From an archaeon (lineage in GTDB: Archaea > Nanobdellota > Nanobdellia > Pacearchaeales > GW2011-AR1), in assembly GCA_043810775.1 (NCBI GenBank), contig JBDRNU010000004.1, positions 1 through 19,987 of the forward strand: a stretch of DNA of 19,987 nt. Reading direction: 5' to 3'. The notes below the pieces were generated by a model. It did no database searches and was not told the DNA's origin. It saw nothing but the letters and a program-made list of their open reading frames with translations. Positions 9,234 to 16,610 of this stretch are shown in pieces. The translations under genes and the position numbers were made by a program. Position 1 is the stretch's first letter. Every line of letters begins with the position of its first letter.

Positions 9234-10205
9234 CTAACTTTTTTTACCTAATAAGAAACCTAAAGTCTTGTTAAAATTAATTAAATTTAGTCCTTTTAAA
9301 GCATTATAAATCTTGACTTTGTTCACTTCAGAAACATCAGTTAAAGGCAGTCTGGGAATACCTACTTCATAACCCATAAATCTTAAGGCAAAATGAACAC
9401 ACTGCGGATTATTCTCGTCTGGAAGAAACATAGCTTCATATAATATTTTTCTCTCTTCATTCATTTTCAAAGCTTCTTCAGGACTAGTCCTATATAAATG
9501 AATCATATTACTCATTCCTTCAGGGTCCACATTAGCTGCAACTGATATTAATCCTCTAGCTCCTCTTTTTATCATTTCAAATGCCTGATCATCATCTCCA
9601 CTAAGAACAATAAAATCTAATTCACTAGTAAGTTCAACTGTTTTCTCAACCCTGTCTAAAGCAAGCTGCCCACCTGAAGCTTCCTTTACACCAATAAATC
9701 TCTCATGCTGTGCAAGTATAGCTAGAGTTTCAGGCTCAATGCCATTTCCACCAGTTCTTCCCCTAACATTATAAGCAATAAGCTCTCCCTCAATTGCATT
9801 AAGAATTTCCTCATAATGCCTAATTATCCCTCTCTGAGTTGGCTTTACTTTATATGGGCTCACAGATAAATGAGTAAATACTCCAGCTTCCTGTTCCATT
9901 TTAGCAGCTAAATCAATAGCATGTTGAGTTTTATTGCTCCCATCTCCAGCAATAATTAAATTTTCATCACCCCAATTTTTATTCACAAACTTAACTAATT
10001 TAACTTGCTCATCATCTTCTAATAAAGAATCAGCTCCAGTGCATCCACCAATAACAAGTCCATCAACTCCCCCATTAAGTAATCTTATAATATGGATTGC
10101 TAACATATCATAATTAATTGGAGCATTAAAATTTTCATAAACAGCATCAATAGGAGTTACACTTGCAGGAATGCAATAATCTCCAATGGGAGCAAAAGCC
10201 TTCAT
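9234..10205 (-). CDS. dapA: DapA/DHDPS-family class I aldolase (4-hydroxy-tetrahydrodipicolinate synthase-like)
   Basis: GCTG, YNVRGRTG, Schiff-base Lys in IGVKEASG, LSGDD, ISVAAN, PRLPL. Some catalytic positions are substituted. Confidence 0.75.
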   Translation of the reverse strand: MKAFAPIGDYCIPASVTPIDAVYENFNAPINYDMLAIHIIRLLNGGVDGLVIGGCTGADSLLEDDEQVKLVKFVNKNWGDENLIIAGDGSNKTQHAIDLAAKMEQEAGVFTHLSVSPYKVKPTQRGIIRHYEEILNAIEGELIAYNVRGRTGGNGIEPETLAILAQHERFIGVKEASGGQLALDRVEKTVELTSELDFIVLSGDDDQAFEMIKRGARGLISVAANVDPEGMSNMIHLYRTSPEEALKMNEERKILYEAMFLPDENNPQCVHFALRFMGYEVGIPRLPLTDVSEVNKVKIYNALKGLNLINFNKTLGFLLGKKS

Positions 10206-10259
10206 AAAAAACTCTAGGATTCCTGCTTTATATAGATTATTATCATATAATAAATATAA

Positions 10260-11234
10260 TCATCTCCACTTCACATTTACTTCATCAGTTCTTTCCCTAG
10301 GCTTTATATCAGCTTTCCTAGTATCTTGATTTATTCCAGAATTAAACATTATCTCTCCAAGATATGCAATCATAGCTCCATTATCTACAAGTAAATCATT
10401 AGGAGGAACAAAAAATCTTGCTTTTCTCTCGCCACACATAATTTTACACATTTCTGCCAGTCTCTTATTACAAGCCACCCCACCTCCCACAAGCAGCTCA
10501 CTCTTGCCAGTATGAGCCATCGCTCTTTCCGCAGTCTCAACAAGCATAGCAAAAGCAGTCTCTTGCAAAGAATAAGCTAAATCTTCCAGTTTATACTTCT
10601 TAGATTCAAGCTTCTGTCTTAAATTAGTCAACATTCCAGAAAAACTAACATCCATTCCCTTGACAGAATAAGGCAATTCAATATAAATCCGAGATTTACT
10701 GGCTAGCTCCTCTATTTTCCTACCTCCAGGAAATCCCAAGCCAGCATACCTTGCAAAAGTATCAATAAAATTTCCTATTCCTAAATCCAGAGTCTCACCA
10801 AATATCCTATACTTCCCACTAGCATAAGCTATAATTTGAGTATTTGCTCCAGAACAATATAGCAAAACAGGATCTCTAGCACTAGTAACTCGACCAATTT
10901 CCAAGTGAGCCACACAATGATTTACTCCAATCAAAGGAACTTTCAATTTTTTTCCAAGCTCTTTTGCAAATTTCATTCCTTCAAGCAGGCACGGAGCTAA
11001 TCCCGGAGCATTTGAAAATGCAACAGCTTTAATCTGATTTTCTTTTATTTTTGCATTCTCTAAAGCAGAATTATAAATATTATATTTAACATTTTCATGA
11101 TGCTTGACAGCTTCCATTGGAATTATGCCCCCACTGCTAGTAGTGTAGCTATCCTTCACATTAGCGAGAATTTTTCCCCGGTTTACAATTCCCACTCCAA
11201 ACGTATGAGCTGTAGATTCAATTCCTAATATCAT
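10260..11234 (-). CDS. kae1: tRNA N6-threonylcarbamoyltransferase Kae1 (stand-alone, not fused to Bud32)
   Basis: MILGIESTAHT, VNHCVAHLE, SGANTQ, GETLD, GGVACN, DNGAMIA. Confidence 0.95.
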   Translation of the reverse strand: MILGIESTAHTFGVGIVNRGKILANVKDSYTTSSGGIIPMEAVKHHENVKYNIYNSALENAKIKENQIKAVAFSNAPGLAPCLLEGMKFAKELGKKLKVPLIGVNHCVAHLEIGRVTSARDPVLLYCSGANTQIIAYASGKYRIFGETLDLGIGNFIDTFARYAGLGFPGGRKIEELASKSRIYIELPYSVKGMDVSFSGMLTNLRQKLESKKYKLEDLAYSLQETAFAMLVETAERAMAHTGKSELLVGGGVACNKRLAEMCKIMCGERKARFFVPPNDLLVDNGAMIAYLGEIMFNSGINQDTRKADIKPRERTDEVNVKWR

Positions 11235-11282
11235 ATAAAAAAATACAACAAACATTATAAATACCTTCTCATCTGAAATTAA

Positions 11283-12389
11283 ATGATTAAGGATTTTAGT
11301 TCAAGAATTCTACCTGCTGGGAAAGCGGACTATATAAAGCAAAGACTTCCAGACGGAACAATTGAAGATGTCTGCCTTTGTACTCATACCTCAAGATTTA
11401 CCTTTGGTTGTGAAGCTCAAGTTTCGGGAAGATTCGGAATTCCAGAAGAAGTAGTCAGAAATCATGGCGAATATTCAGAAGGAAATATAAATATCTACAG
11501 ACAGCTAGGAATTCATGATTTAAGATGTGATGGTTGTTACGCTAGAAAAATGGGAAGAAGAAGCAACTGGGGCAAAACTAATTCAGGTCATGTTAATTCA
11601 AAAACAAGAGCAGATTTTGAAAAATATAAACCATCACAAATCAGGCTAGGAGTGCTAGTTGAATGTGGATATCTCCCATTATACGGGCATGTGCTAAATG
11701 ATTTTCTAGGCTTATGCGAAGAATATTCCTCTAGAGTAATTCTTCCCACAAAAATGCTGACATTCGGGAAAGAATCATTAATCGACATGAAACATCTCCT
11801 CCCAGATATGCTAAAAAGTCTTCCTACAGCAGAAGAACTAGTCGAAAAATTCAAAAATACAATGTCAGTAGTTAATTTTAGTATTTATAATCCTAAATTT
11901 GAACCAGGCCTAGTTTCACAAGGATTTACCTCCAATAGAAGAATGAAAGAAGCAGAAAAGTTCTATCAATCCGGAGTTAACACAACAATTACTCAAGTCT
12001 GTGATGTTACAGCTTCAATAGAAGATAATATTTCAAGGGGATTTCCAATAGATGATGTTATAATAATGCACGATGAACTTGGAATAATAATGAGAATAAT
12101 TCCACTAAGAATTACAACTAAAAAATTTGCACAACAAGCAACAGGAAAAACTTGGGAAGAACTAATTTCATCTAAAGATTATAAACTAAAAGGAAATCAT
12201 GAAATCATCCCTAACTTTCTTCATCCAGATTTTCAAGCTCTAATAGAATCTGGGGTAGGTTTTTGCGGAAGAATTGGGACTATAGAATACTGTGACCATT
12301 GCAATCTCGATAAAGCTAAAATAAGTTTTCCAGCATCTGAATTAGCTCCTGATAGAGATAAAATAAAAAAACGCAGAAAAATAGTCTAA
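11283..12389 (+). CDS. putative atypical radical-SAM-like Fe-S protein (spore photoproduct lyase-like resemblance)
   Basis: GC(43)-X38-C(82)DGC(85)YAR, then IRLG, LPTK and NFSI segments at spacings resembling SplB-like proteins; C-terminal CG...YCDHC. ORF is well supported; family is inferred. Confidence 0.5.
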   Translation: MIKDFSSRILPAGKADYIKQRLPDGTIEDVCLCTHTSRFTFGCEAQVSGRFGIPEEVVRNHGEYSEGNINIYRQLGIHDLRCDGCYARKMGRRSNWGKTNSGHVNSKTRADFEKYKPSQIRLGVLVECGYLPLYGHVLNDFLGLCEEYSSRVILPTKMLTFGKESLIDMKHLLPDMLKSLPTAEELVEKFKNTMSVVNFSIYNPKFEPGLVSQGFTSNRRMKEAEKFYQSGVNTTITQVCDVTASIEDNISRGFPIDDVIIMHDELGIIMRIIPLRITTKKFAQQATGKTWEELISSKDYKLKGNHEIIPNFLHPDFQALIESGVGFCGRIGTIEYCDHCNLDKAKISFPASELAPDRDKIKKRRKIV

Positions 12390-12420
12390 AAATAAATATA
12401 AGAAATAAAAAATAAAAAAT
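12390..12420 (-). terminator. putative oligo-T archaeal terminator of the 48-aa basic protein gene
   Basis: A-rich on the plus strand, so T-runs on the minus strand, just after the stop codon. Confidence 0.35.
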
Positions 12421-12432
12421 TAGATTAGTCTT

Positions 12433-12579
12433 TTACCTTTTCTTTTTCTTCTTAACAGCTTTCTTTTTCTTCTTGCCGCCTCTGGCCATCTTTGCTTCAC
12501 AGACATTTCCTTTACCGTCTACGTAATATAGGTAACCAGACTTCCTCTTAATAACATTTTTTACAAGTACTTTTCCCAT
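12433..12579 (-). CDS. small highly basic protein (48 aa), absent from the ORF track; candidate nucleic-acid-binding protein
   Basis: Hand translation: MGKVLVKNVIKRKSGYLYYVDGKGNVCEAKMARGGKKKKKAVKKKKKR*. GGAGGT SD at 12584-12589, TATA at 12673-12680, T-rich tract after the stop. Confidence 0.85.
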   Translation of the reverse strand: MGKVLVKNVIKRKSGYLYYVDGKGNVCEAKMARGGKKKKKAVKKKKKR

Positions 12580-12672
12580 TTTTACCTCCTTTTTCTTAGT
12601 CTTCAAAACGTTAGTTTTGGATGAAACAGAAAATATTATTTTCTGTGTCTTAAAAAATTCACGACGAGGAAG

Positions 12673-12704
12673 TATTTAAACCTTTCGAAGAAAGATTTAA
12701 AATA
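12673..12704. promoter_or_regulatory. back-to-back divergent BRE/TATA promoters
   Basis: Minus strand CGAAAGGTTTAAATA (12687-12673); plus strand GAAAGATTTAAAATA (12690-12704). Confidence 0.6.
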
Positions 12705-12712
12705 ATTAACTG

Positions 12713-12846
12713 ACTCAACACAGGAAGTTAATGAGTTGTGCTGTAAGCACGACAGTTGGAAACCTCCTAAACCGCAAAAATGCTCTTTCATTCTTGCATT
12801 TTTGGGGCACAGAGTAGCGAAACATCAGTGAGCTACTCTGTTGGGT
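12713..12846. ncRNA. candidate structured ncRNA of unknown family (strand uncertain, plus slightly favoured)
   Basis: More GC-rich than its flanks and packed with helices: AGGAAGTT/AACCTCCT, GTTGTGC/GCACGAC, CAAAAATGC/GCATTTTTG, and ACAGAGTAGC/GCTACTCTGT capped by a GA...GA K-loop-like loop. TATA motif at each end. Confidence 0.5.
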
Positions 12847-12850
12847 TTAT

Positions 12851-12865
12851 CATTTAAACCTTTCT
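12851..12865 (-). promoter_or_regulatory. putative BRE/TATA promoter pointing into the structured element
   Basis: Minus strand AGAAAGGTTTAAATG directly after the DUF192 stop, the same arrangement as at 9220-9233. Confidence 0.45.
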
Positions 12866-13204
12866 CTAAATCGCAAAAAGATCAAAAACTTCTTGATACT
12901 TATTATTAAGTGGTACTTCAATTAGTTTTGAAAATTCCTTTTCAGGCTTTATGGATAAATTTCCAGGGGATACCAATTTATGCTCGACAATCTTCCCCGA
13001 GCTATCAAGCCATATAGCTATAAAAGGCATCCTAACAAAATAAGAATGAATACTCTGTCTTCCAGTTTTTGAAAACTCAAATAACAAGGCTGTAGCATCT
13101 TCCTTGTCAGTAAACATTAATCCTTTAAATTTCTCCCAGCTATTGCACTTTTTTATATTTTCAATAACAATTTCCTTGCCCTTGAAATTAAGTTTTGCTT
13201 TCAT
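12866..13204 (-). CDS. DUF192 (UPF0127) family protein (112 aa)
   Basis: KFKGLMF...LLFEF...IHSYFVRMPFIAIWLD...LIEVP. Start moved to ATG 13204. Confidence 0.8.
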   Translation of the reverse strand: MKAKLNFKGKEIVIENIKKCNSWEKFKGLMFTDKEDATALLFEFSKTGRQSIHSYFVRMPFIAIWLDSSGKIVEHKLVSPGNLSIKPEKEFSKLIEVPLNNKYQEVFDLFAI

Positions 13205-13571
13205 ATCTAGTCTCCCTAAGATATCTATTATATAACTCATTTATATTTCTTTCGCATACATAATCATGGTGCTTAAAGCCCCCTCCAAAACTCTTCGGAA
13301 TATGCATTAATTCATGTATTATAATTTTTGTTCTCTCGTCCTCACTTAATTTATCAAATCTCTCACTTAAAAATTCAAGAACATAAAACCCTTTTCTTCC
13401 AAGAGCTTTTTGCATAACCTTGTTTAAAGCATGGCATCTAGCAATAGTCCCCCTGCTTGAGCTCCCATATCCCCTAATGCAGACAACATCATCAATTTTA
13501 ATATGTGGGAATATCTTACTGACTATCTGCCTAGCTCTTTCCTGCAAATCTGGCGCAAATTCATATCTCAT
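13188..13571 (-). CDS. putative metallopeptidase (COG4900-like, 127 aa)
   Basis: HEXXH motif IIHELMHIP followed by FGGG. Start moved to ATG 13571. Confidence 0.8.
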   Translation of the reverse strand: MRYEFAPDLQERARQIVSKIFPHIKIDDVVCIRGYGSSSRGTIARCHALNKVMQKALGRKGFYVLEFLSERFDKLSEDERTKIIIHELMHIPKSFGGGFKHHDYVCERNINELYNRYLRETRYESKT

Positions 13572-13573
13572 TT

Positions 13574-14490
13574 TTATTTTAATCTGATTTTTTGATGGTG
13601 AACATGATAAGGAATAGGCTTCAACCCCTGTTCTCTTAATATAATGCAAGGATGCGAACAAAACCATAATTTACATAAACTTTATTTGTAAAAGGCTTTA
13701 TAATTTTAATTATACTAAAAAGAATGCTATCATTTTCTCTGCTAATAGGAACTGAAAGTAATAAAGGCATCTTTTTATCCCATTTATCCAAATCATCAAT
13801 CCTCTTAATCTCAAGAATATCCTTAACTACACCTTGAAAATCAAAATCAGTTATAGCTCCTGATTTTTTAAATTCCATAATAACAAAGTCATTTTCTGGA
13901 GTAATTGCAAACTCATACAAAATACCCTCTTCAAATTTGAGGCTTTCTATTTTTTCCTTAATTAATTTAAACAAATTAGCGACGTCTTTTTCAGAATTCT
14001 TCACATTTTTTTTCACAAGCTTGTCTTTATCAACAAATAAGCACTCTTTTTCTTCAGGATAATACCAAATAACTAAACTTTTGCTGTCTATAATTGCATT
14101 GTCACAACTAATTGCTGAACCAGCTTCCCAAGCTCCATTAACCACACTTAAATAAATTTTTTCATTTTCCTTGATTAAAGTCCCGCTATATTTTGGAAAA
14201 ACAAAGTCATGAATTATCACAACTAAATCATCAGAAATATTTTTCTTGATAAATTCATATGCTTTATCAAGCGAGTCAATTACAATGCTTCTCGACAAGT
14301 TAGTAGTCTTAGTTGATGAAGAAAACCTAATTCCCAGTTCATCGCCATCTTTAATTCCCTGTATAGTCAAGCTATTAAGAAAGTCTTCCTTGCTTTTCAG
14401 CTCATCTAAAATTATAAGCCTCTTAGGAAATAAACCTTTTTTCTTTAGCTCTAATAAAGAATCAGCTTTCTGACCATAATTGCTTTTCAT
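13574..14490 (-). pseudogene. PEP synthase/dikinase-like mini-protein (ATP-binding N-domain plus phospho-His motif), frameshifted near 13660-13663
   Basis: N-terminal YGQKADSLLEL and GIRFSS resemble the PEP-synthase GGKxxxL and VRSS motifs. After YG, the -1 frame reads CSHPCIILREQGLKP and stops at 13574, 2 nt before the next ATG. Could be an assembly error rather than a true pseudogene. Confidence 0.6.
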
Positions 14491-14491
14491 T

Positions 14492-14710
14492 TTACAAAAT
14501 TTCAATTAGCTTAAAATTACTGCCAGCTCCTGATTTAATTTTAATTCTCCCTACAGGAGTTGTAAAGTACTTGCTTAATAAATTAATAAGTTCAATATTA
14601 GCCTTATTATCTTCAGCTTTATTTTCTAAATAAATTAAATAATTATTATCTCCAAATTCAAGTATTTCCTGTTTAGAGCTAGAAGGCTTTACCTTAACTT
14701 TAATTATCAT
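14492..14710 (-). CDS. DUF167 (YggU/UPF0235) family protein
   Basis: IKVKVKPSS...EDNKANIELINLLSKYF...IKSGAGSNFKLIEI. Confidence 0.85.
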   Translation of the reverse strand: MIIKVKVKPSSSKQEILEFGDNNYLIYLENKAEDNKANIELINLLSKYFTTPVGRIKIKSGAGSNFKLIEIL

Positions 14711-15588
14711 GAATTTAGTAAATTTTCATACTTTTTTAAGTTTTTCAGTACTAGTTCAGGAGTTAACTTCTGAAGCCTTTTAACCAATCCCTTATCTTCT
14801 AACTCTTTTTGAGACACAGGCACGCATACTCCATCAACTTCATCTACAGACTTCATATGCAGAGAAAATGGAACTCTAGCAAGTTTTCCACTAGGAGTAC
14901 CGCTAGAGTCAATAATTATCATATTTGGTTTTTTCTCATGACCTGCCTGAACACTGATTTTTGTATCACTAGTTACTTGTTTAGCCCACTTCATCAAAAA
15001 ACTATCTTTCTTTTCCTCACCATAAGAAAGATATTGGGCATAAAAATTAAATCTTATTTTATTTTTAAGTAATAAATATACATGAAAAGAGCTCCCAGTC
15101 CATAATATTAAAGTTTTGTAACCAAGCATTTTATTAAACTTCTCATCTTTTTTAATATTCTTAACTAAAGATAAAGCAACTTTCCTGGCATCTTCAGGGG
15201 AAAGATTGCTCCTATCTATGTCAATAAAAACCCTGTCAATAGCTCTTCCTATCCCTTCATGATTACAGGCATAAAAAAAGTGAATTAGCTTCCTAGGGAT
15301 AAAATAATACCATATATGAGTCTGAATATAATTCAGCTGGTTCTTTACTTCCTCTAAACCATGCTCAGCCCTTAATTGAAGCATTTTTTTATCAACATGC
15401 CTTAAATTATGTATATATAAGGGTCTCCCTATAGTTCCCCTCTTAATAAAAAATGGCTTTCCTCTTGGAAGAAGAGTTTTCGTAGCTAGCTCCTTTCCTC
15501 TTAAAAATTTCTCATTTGCCCTAGCTACCTTGCTATAAAAATACAAAACATCCAAACTCCCGTAGGGTTTTAAAACCTCTTTATCCAT
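14707..15588 (-). CDS. archaeo-eukaryotic primase (AEP) superfamily protein, LigD polymerase-domain-like
   Basis: Motif I FIDIDR (DxD), motif II TGSSFHVY, motif III IIID followed by RVPFSLH. Confidence 0.7.
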   Translation of the reverse strand: MDKEVLKPYGSLDVLYFYSKVARANEKFLRGKELATKTLLPRGKPFFIKRGTIGRPLYIHNLRHVDKKMLQLRAEHGLEEVKNQLNYIQTHIWYYFIPRKLIHFFYACNHEGIGRAIDRVFIDIDRSNLSPEDARKVALSLVKNIKKDEKFNKMLGYKTLILWTGSSFHVYLLLKNKIRFNFYAQYLSYGEEKKDSFLMKWAKQVTSDTKISVQAGHEKKPNMIIIDSSGTPSGKLARVPFSLHMKSVDEVDGVCVPVSQKELEDKGLVKRLQKLTPELVLKNLKKYENLLNS

Positions 15589-15620
15589 AATTTACTAAAC
15601 TAAATAAGATATTTAAAACT

Positions 15621-16085
15621 ATGGAAGAAAAAAAACCAATTAAATACGAAAAATCAGCTGGAGCAATTATATACTATAATGACAGCAAAATTAAGTTTCT
15701 CTTGCTAAAATATAAAACTTACTGGGGATTTGCTAAGGGCTGGATTGAACAAGGTGAGACAATAGAAGAAACAGTTAAACGCGAAGTTTTTGAAGAAACT
15801 GGCCTAAATGAATTGCAGATAGATAAAAAATTTAAGCATATTCAAAAATGGTTTTTTCGCTCTTATGAAGATAAATCCCTAGTAAGAAAAGAAGCCATAT
15901 ATTTACTTGCTAAAATAAGTAAAGAGCAGGCATCTCATGTAAAAATCTCTATTGAGCACGAAGATTTTATATGGCTAGAATATGAAGAGGCTCTGAAAAA
16001 AATGAAGGTGAAGCAAAATAAAGAAATGCTGAAAAAAGCTTATGATTATATTAAAAAACTTGAGGTTCAGCAGAAGATATTATGA
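15621..16085 (+). CDS. NUDIX hydrolase (Ap4A hydrolase-like)
   Basis: Nudix box GWIEQGETIEETVKREVFEETG; SAGAII; SIEHEDFIW. Confidence 0.9.
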   Translation: MEEKKPIKYEKSAGAIIYYNDSKIKFLLLKYKTYWGFAKGWIEQGETIEETVKREVFEETGLNELQIDKKFKHIQKWFFRSYEDKSLVRKEAIYLLAKISKEQASHVKISIEHEDFIWLEYEEALKKMKVKQNKEMLKKAYDYIKKLEVQQKIL

Positions 16086-16606
16086 TAAACCAAATTAAAC
16101 CAAATATCTGGCAATTTGTATTCTCAGACTTTGGTTCATGCGTCTATATTCTGAAAATAAAGGATAAATTAATAGCAATAGATACAAGCTCGTCACAAAA
16201 CCTTGGGGAGTTAATCTTATTCTTAGAAAAAATAAACCTTAGTCCTAAAGATATTGATATCCTAATCCTAACTCACAAGCACTATGACCATGATGATAAT
16301 ATAGATATATTTGAAAAAGCTAAATTATATGGAAGTAAGGAAGATTTTTCTGATGAAAAAATTCTGGACATTTTTAAGTTAAACATTCCAGAATTTGAAA
16401 TTATTGAAACTCCTGGGCACACTAAAGGTAGCATCTGTTTATTCCTAGAAAAAGAAAAAATTCTCTTTTCAGGAGATACTATTTTTCACAATGGATATAT
16501 TGGCAGAACAGATCTCCCTACCTCAGTTCCAGAAAAAATGAATGATTCACTTGAAAAATTAAAGAAAATTAATTACAAGATTCTATGCCCGGGGCATATG
16601 TACTAA
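16082..16606 (+). CDS. metallo-beta-lactamase-fold hydrolase (glyoxalase II-like)
   Basis: THKHYDH, TPGHTKGS, FSGDTIF, GRTD, PGH. Confidence 0.9.
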   Translation: MINQIKPNIWQFVFSDFGSCVYILKIKDKLIAIDTSSSQNLGELILFLEKINLSPKDIDILILTHKHYDHDDNIDIFEKAKLYGSKEDFSDEKILDIFKLNIPEFEIIETPGHTKGSICLFLEKEKILFSGDTIFHNGYIGRTDLPTSVPEKMNDSLEKLKKINYKILCPGHMY

Positions 16607-16610
16607 TTAT

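Noticed and set aside
12717-12830. Resemblance of AACACAGGAAGTTAA and AGAGTAG to 5S rRNA segments
   Set aside because: The preceding CCCAUCCCG loop and helix I 5' strand are missing (upstream is an AT-rich promoter), and the helices do not fit the 5S three-way junction
12809-12841. Hammerhead-like words (CTGATG on minus, CGAAAC on plus)
   Set aside because: They lie on opposite strands of one loop and the CUGAnGA core is incomplete
12660-12850. RNase P or SRP RNA
   Set aside because: No convincing GAGGAAnnUCC plus ACAnAAnnnGGCUUA pair and no SRP helix-8 motif by eye; cmscan would settle it
13572-13667. N-terminal extension of the metallopeptidase ORF from 13667
   Set aside because: Better explained as the frameshifted C-terminus of the upstream dikinase-like gene; ATG 13571 fits the gene packing
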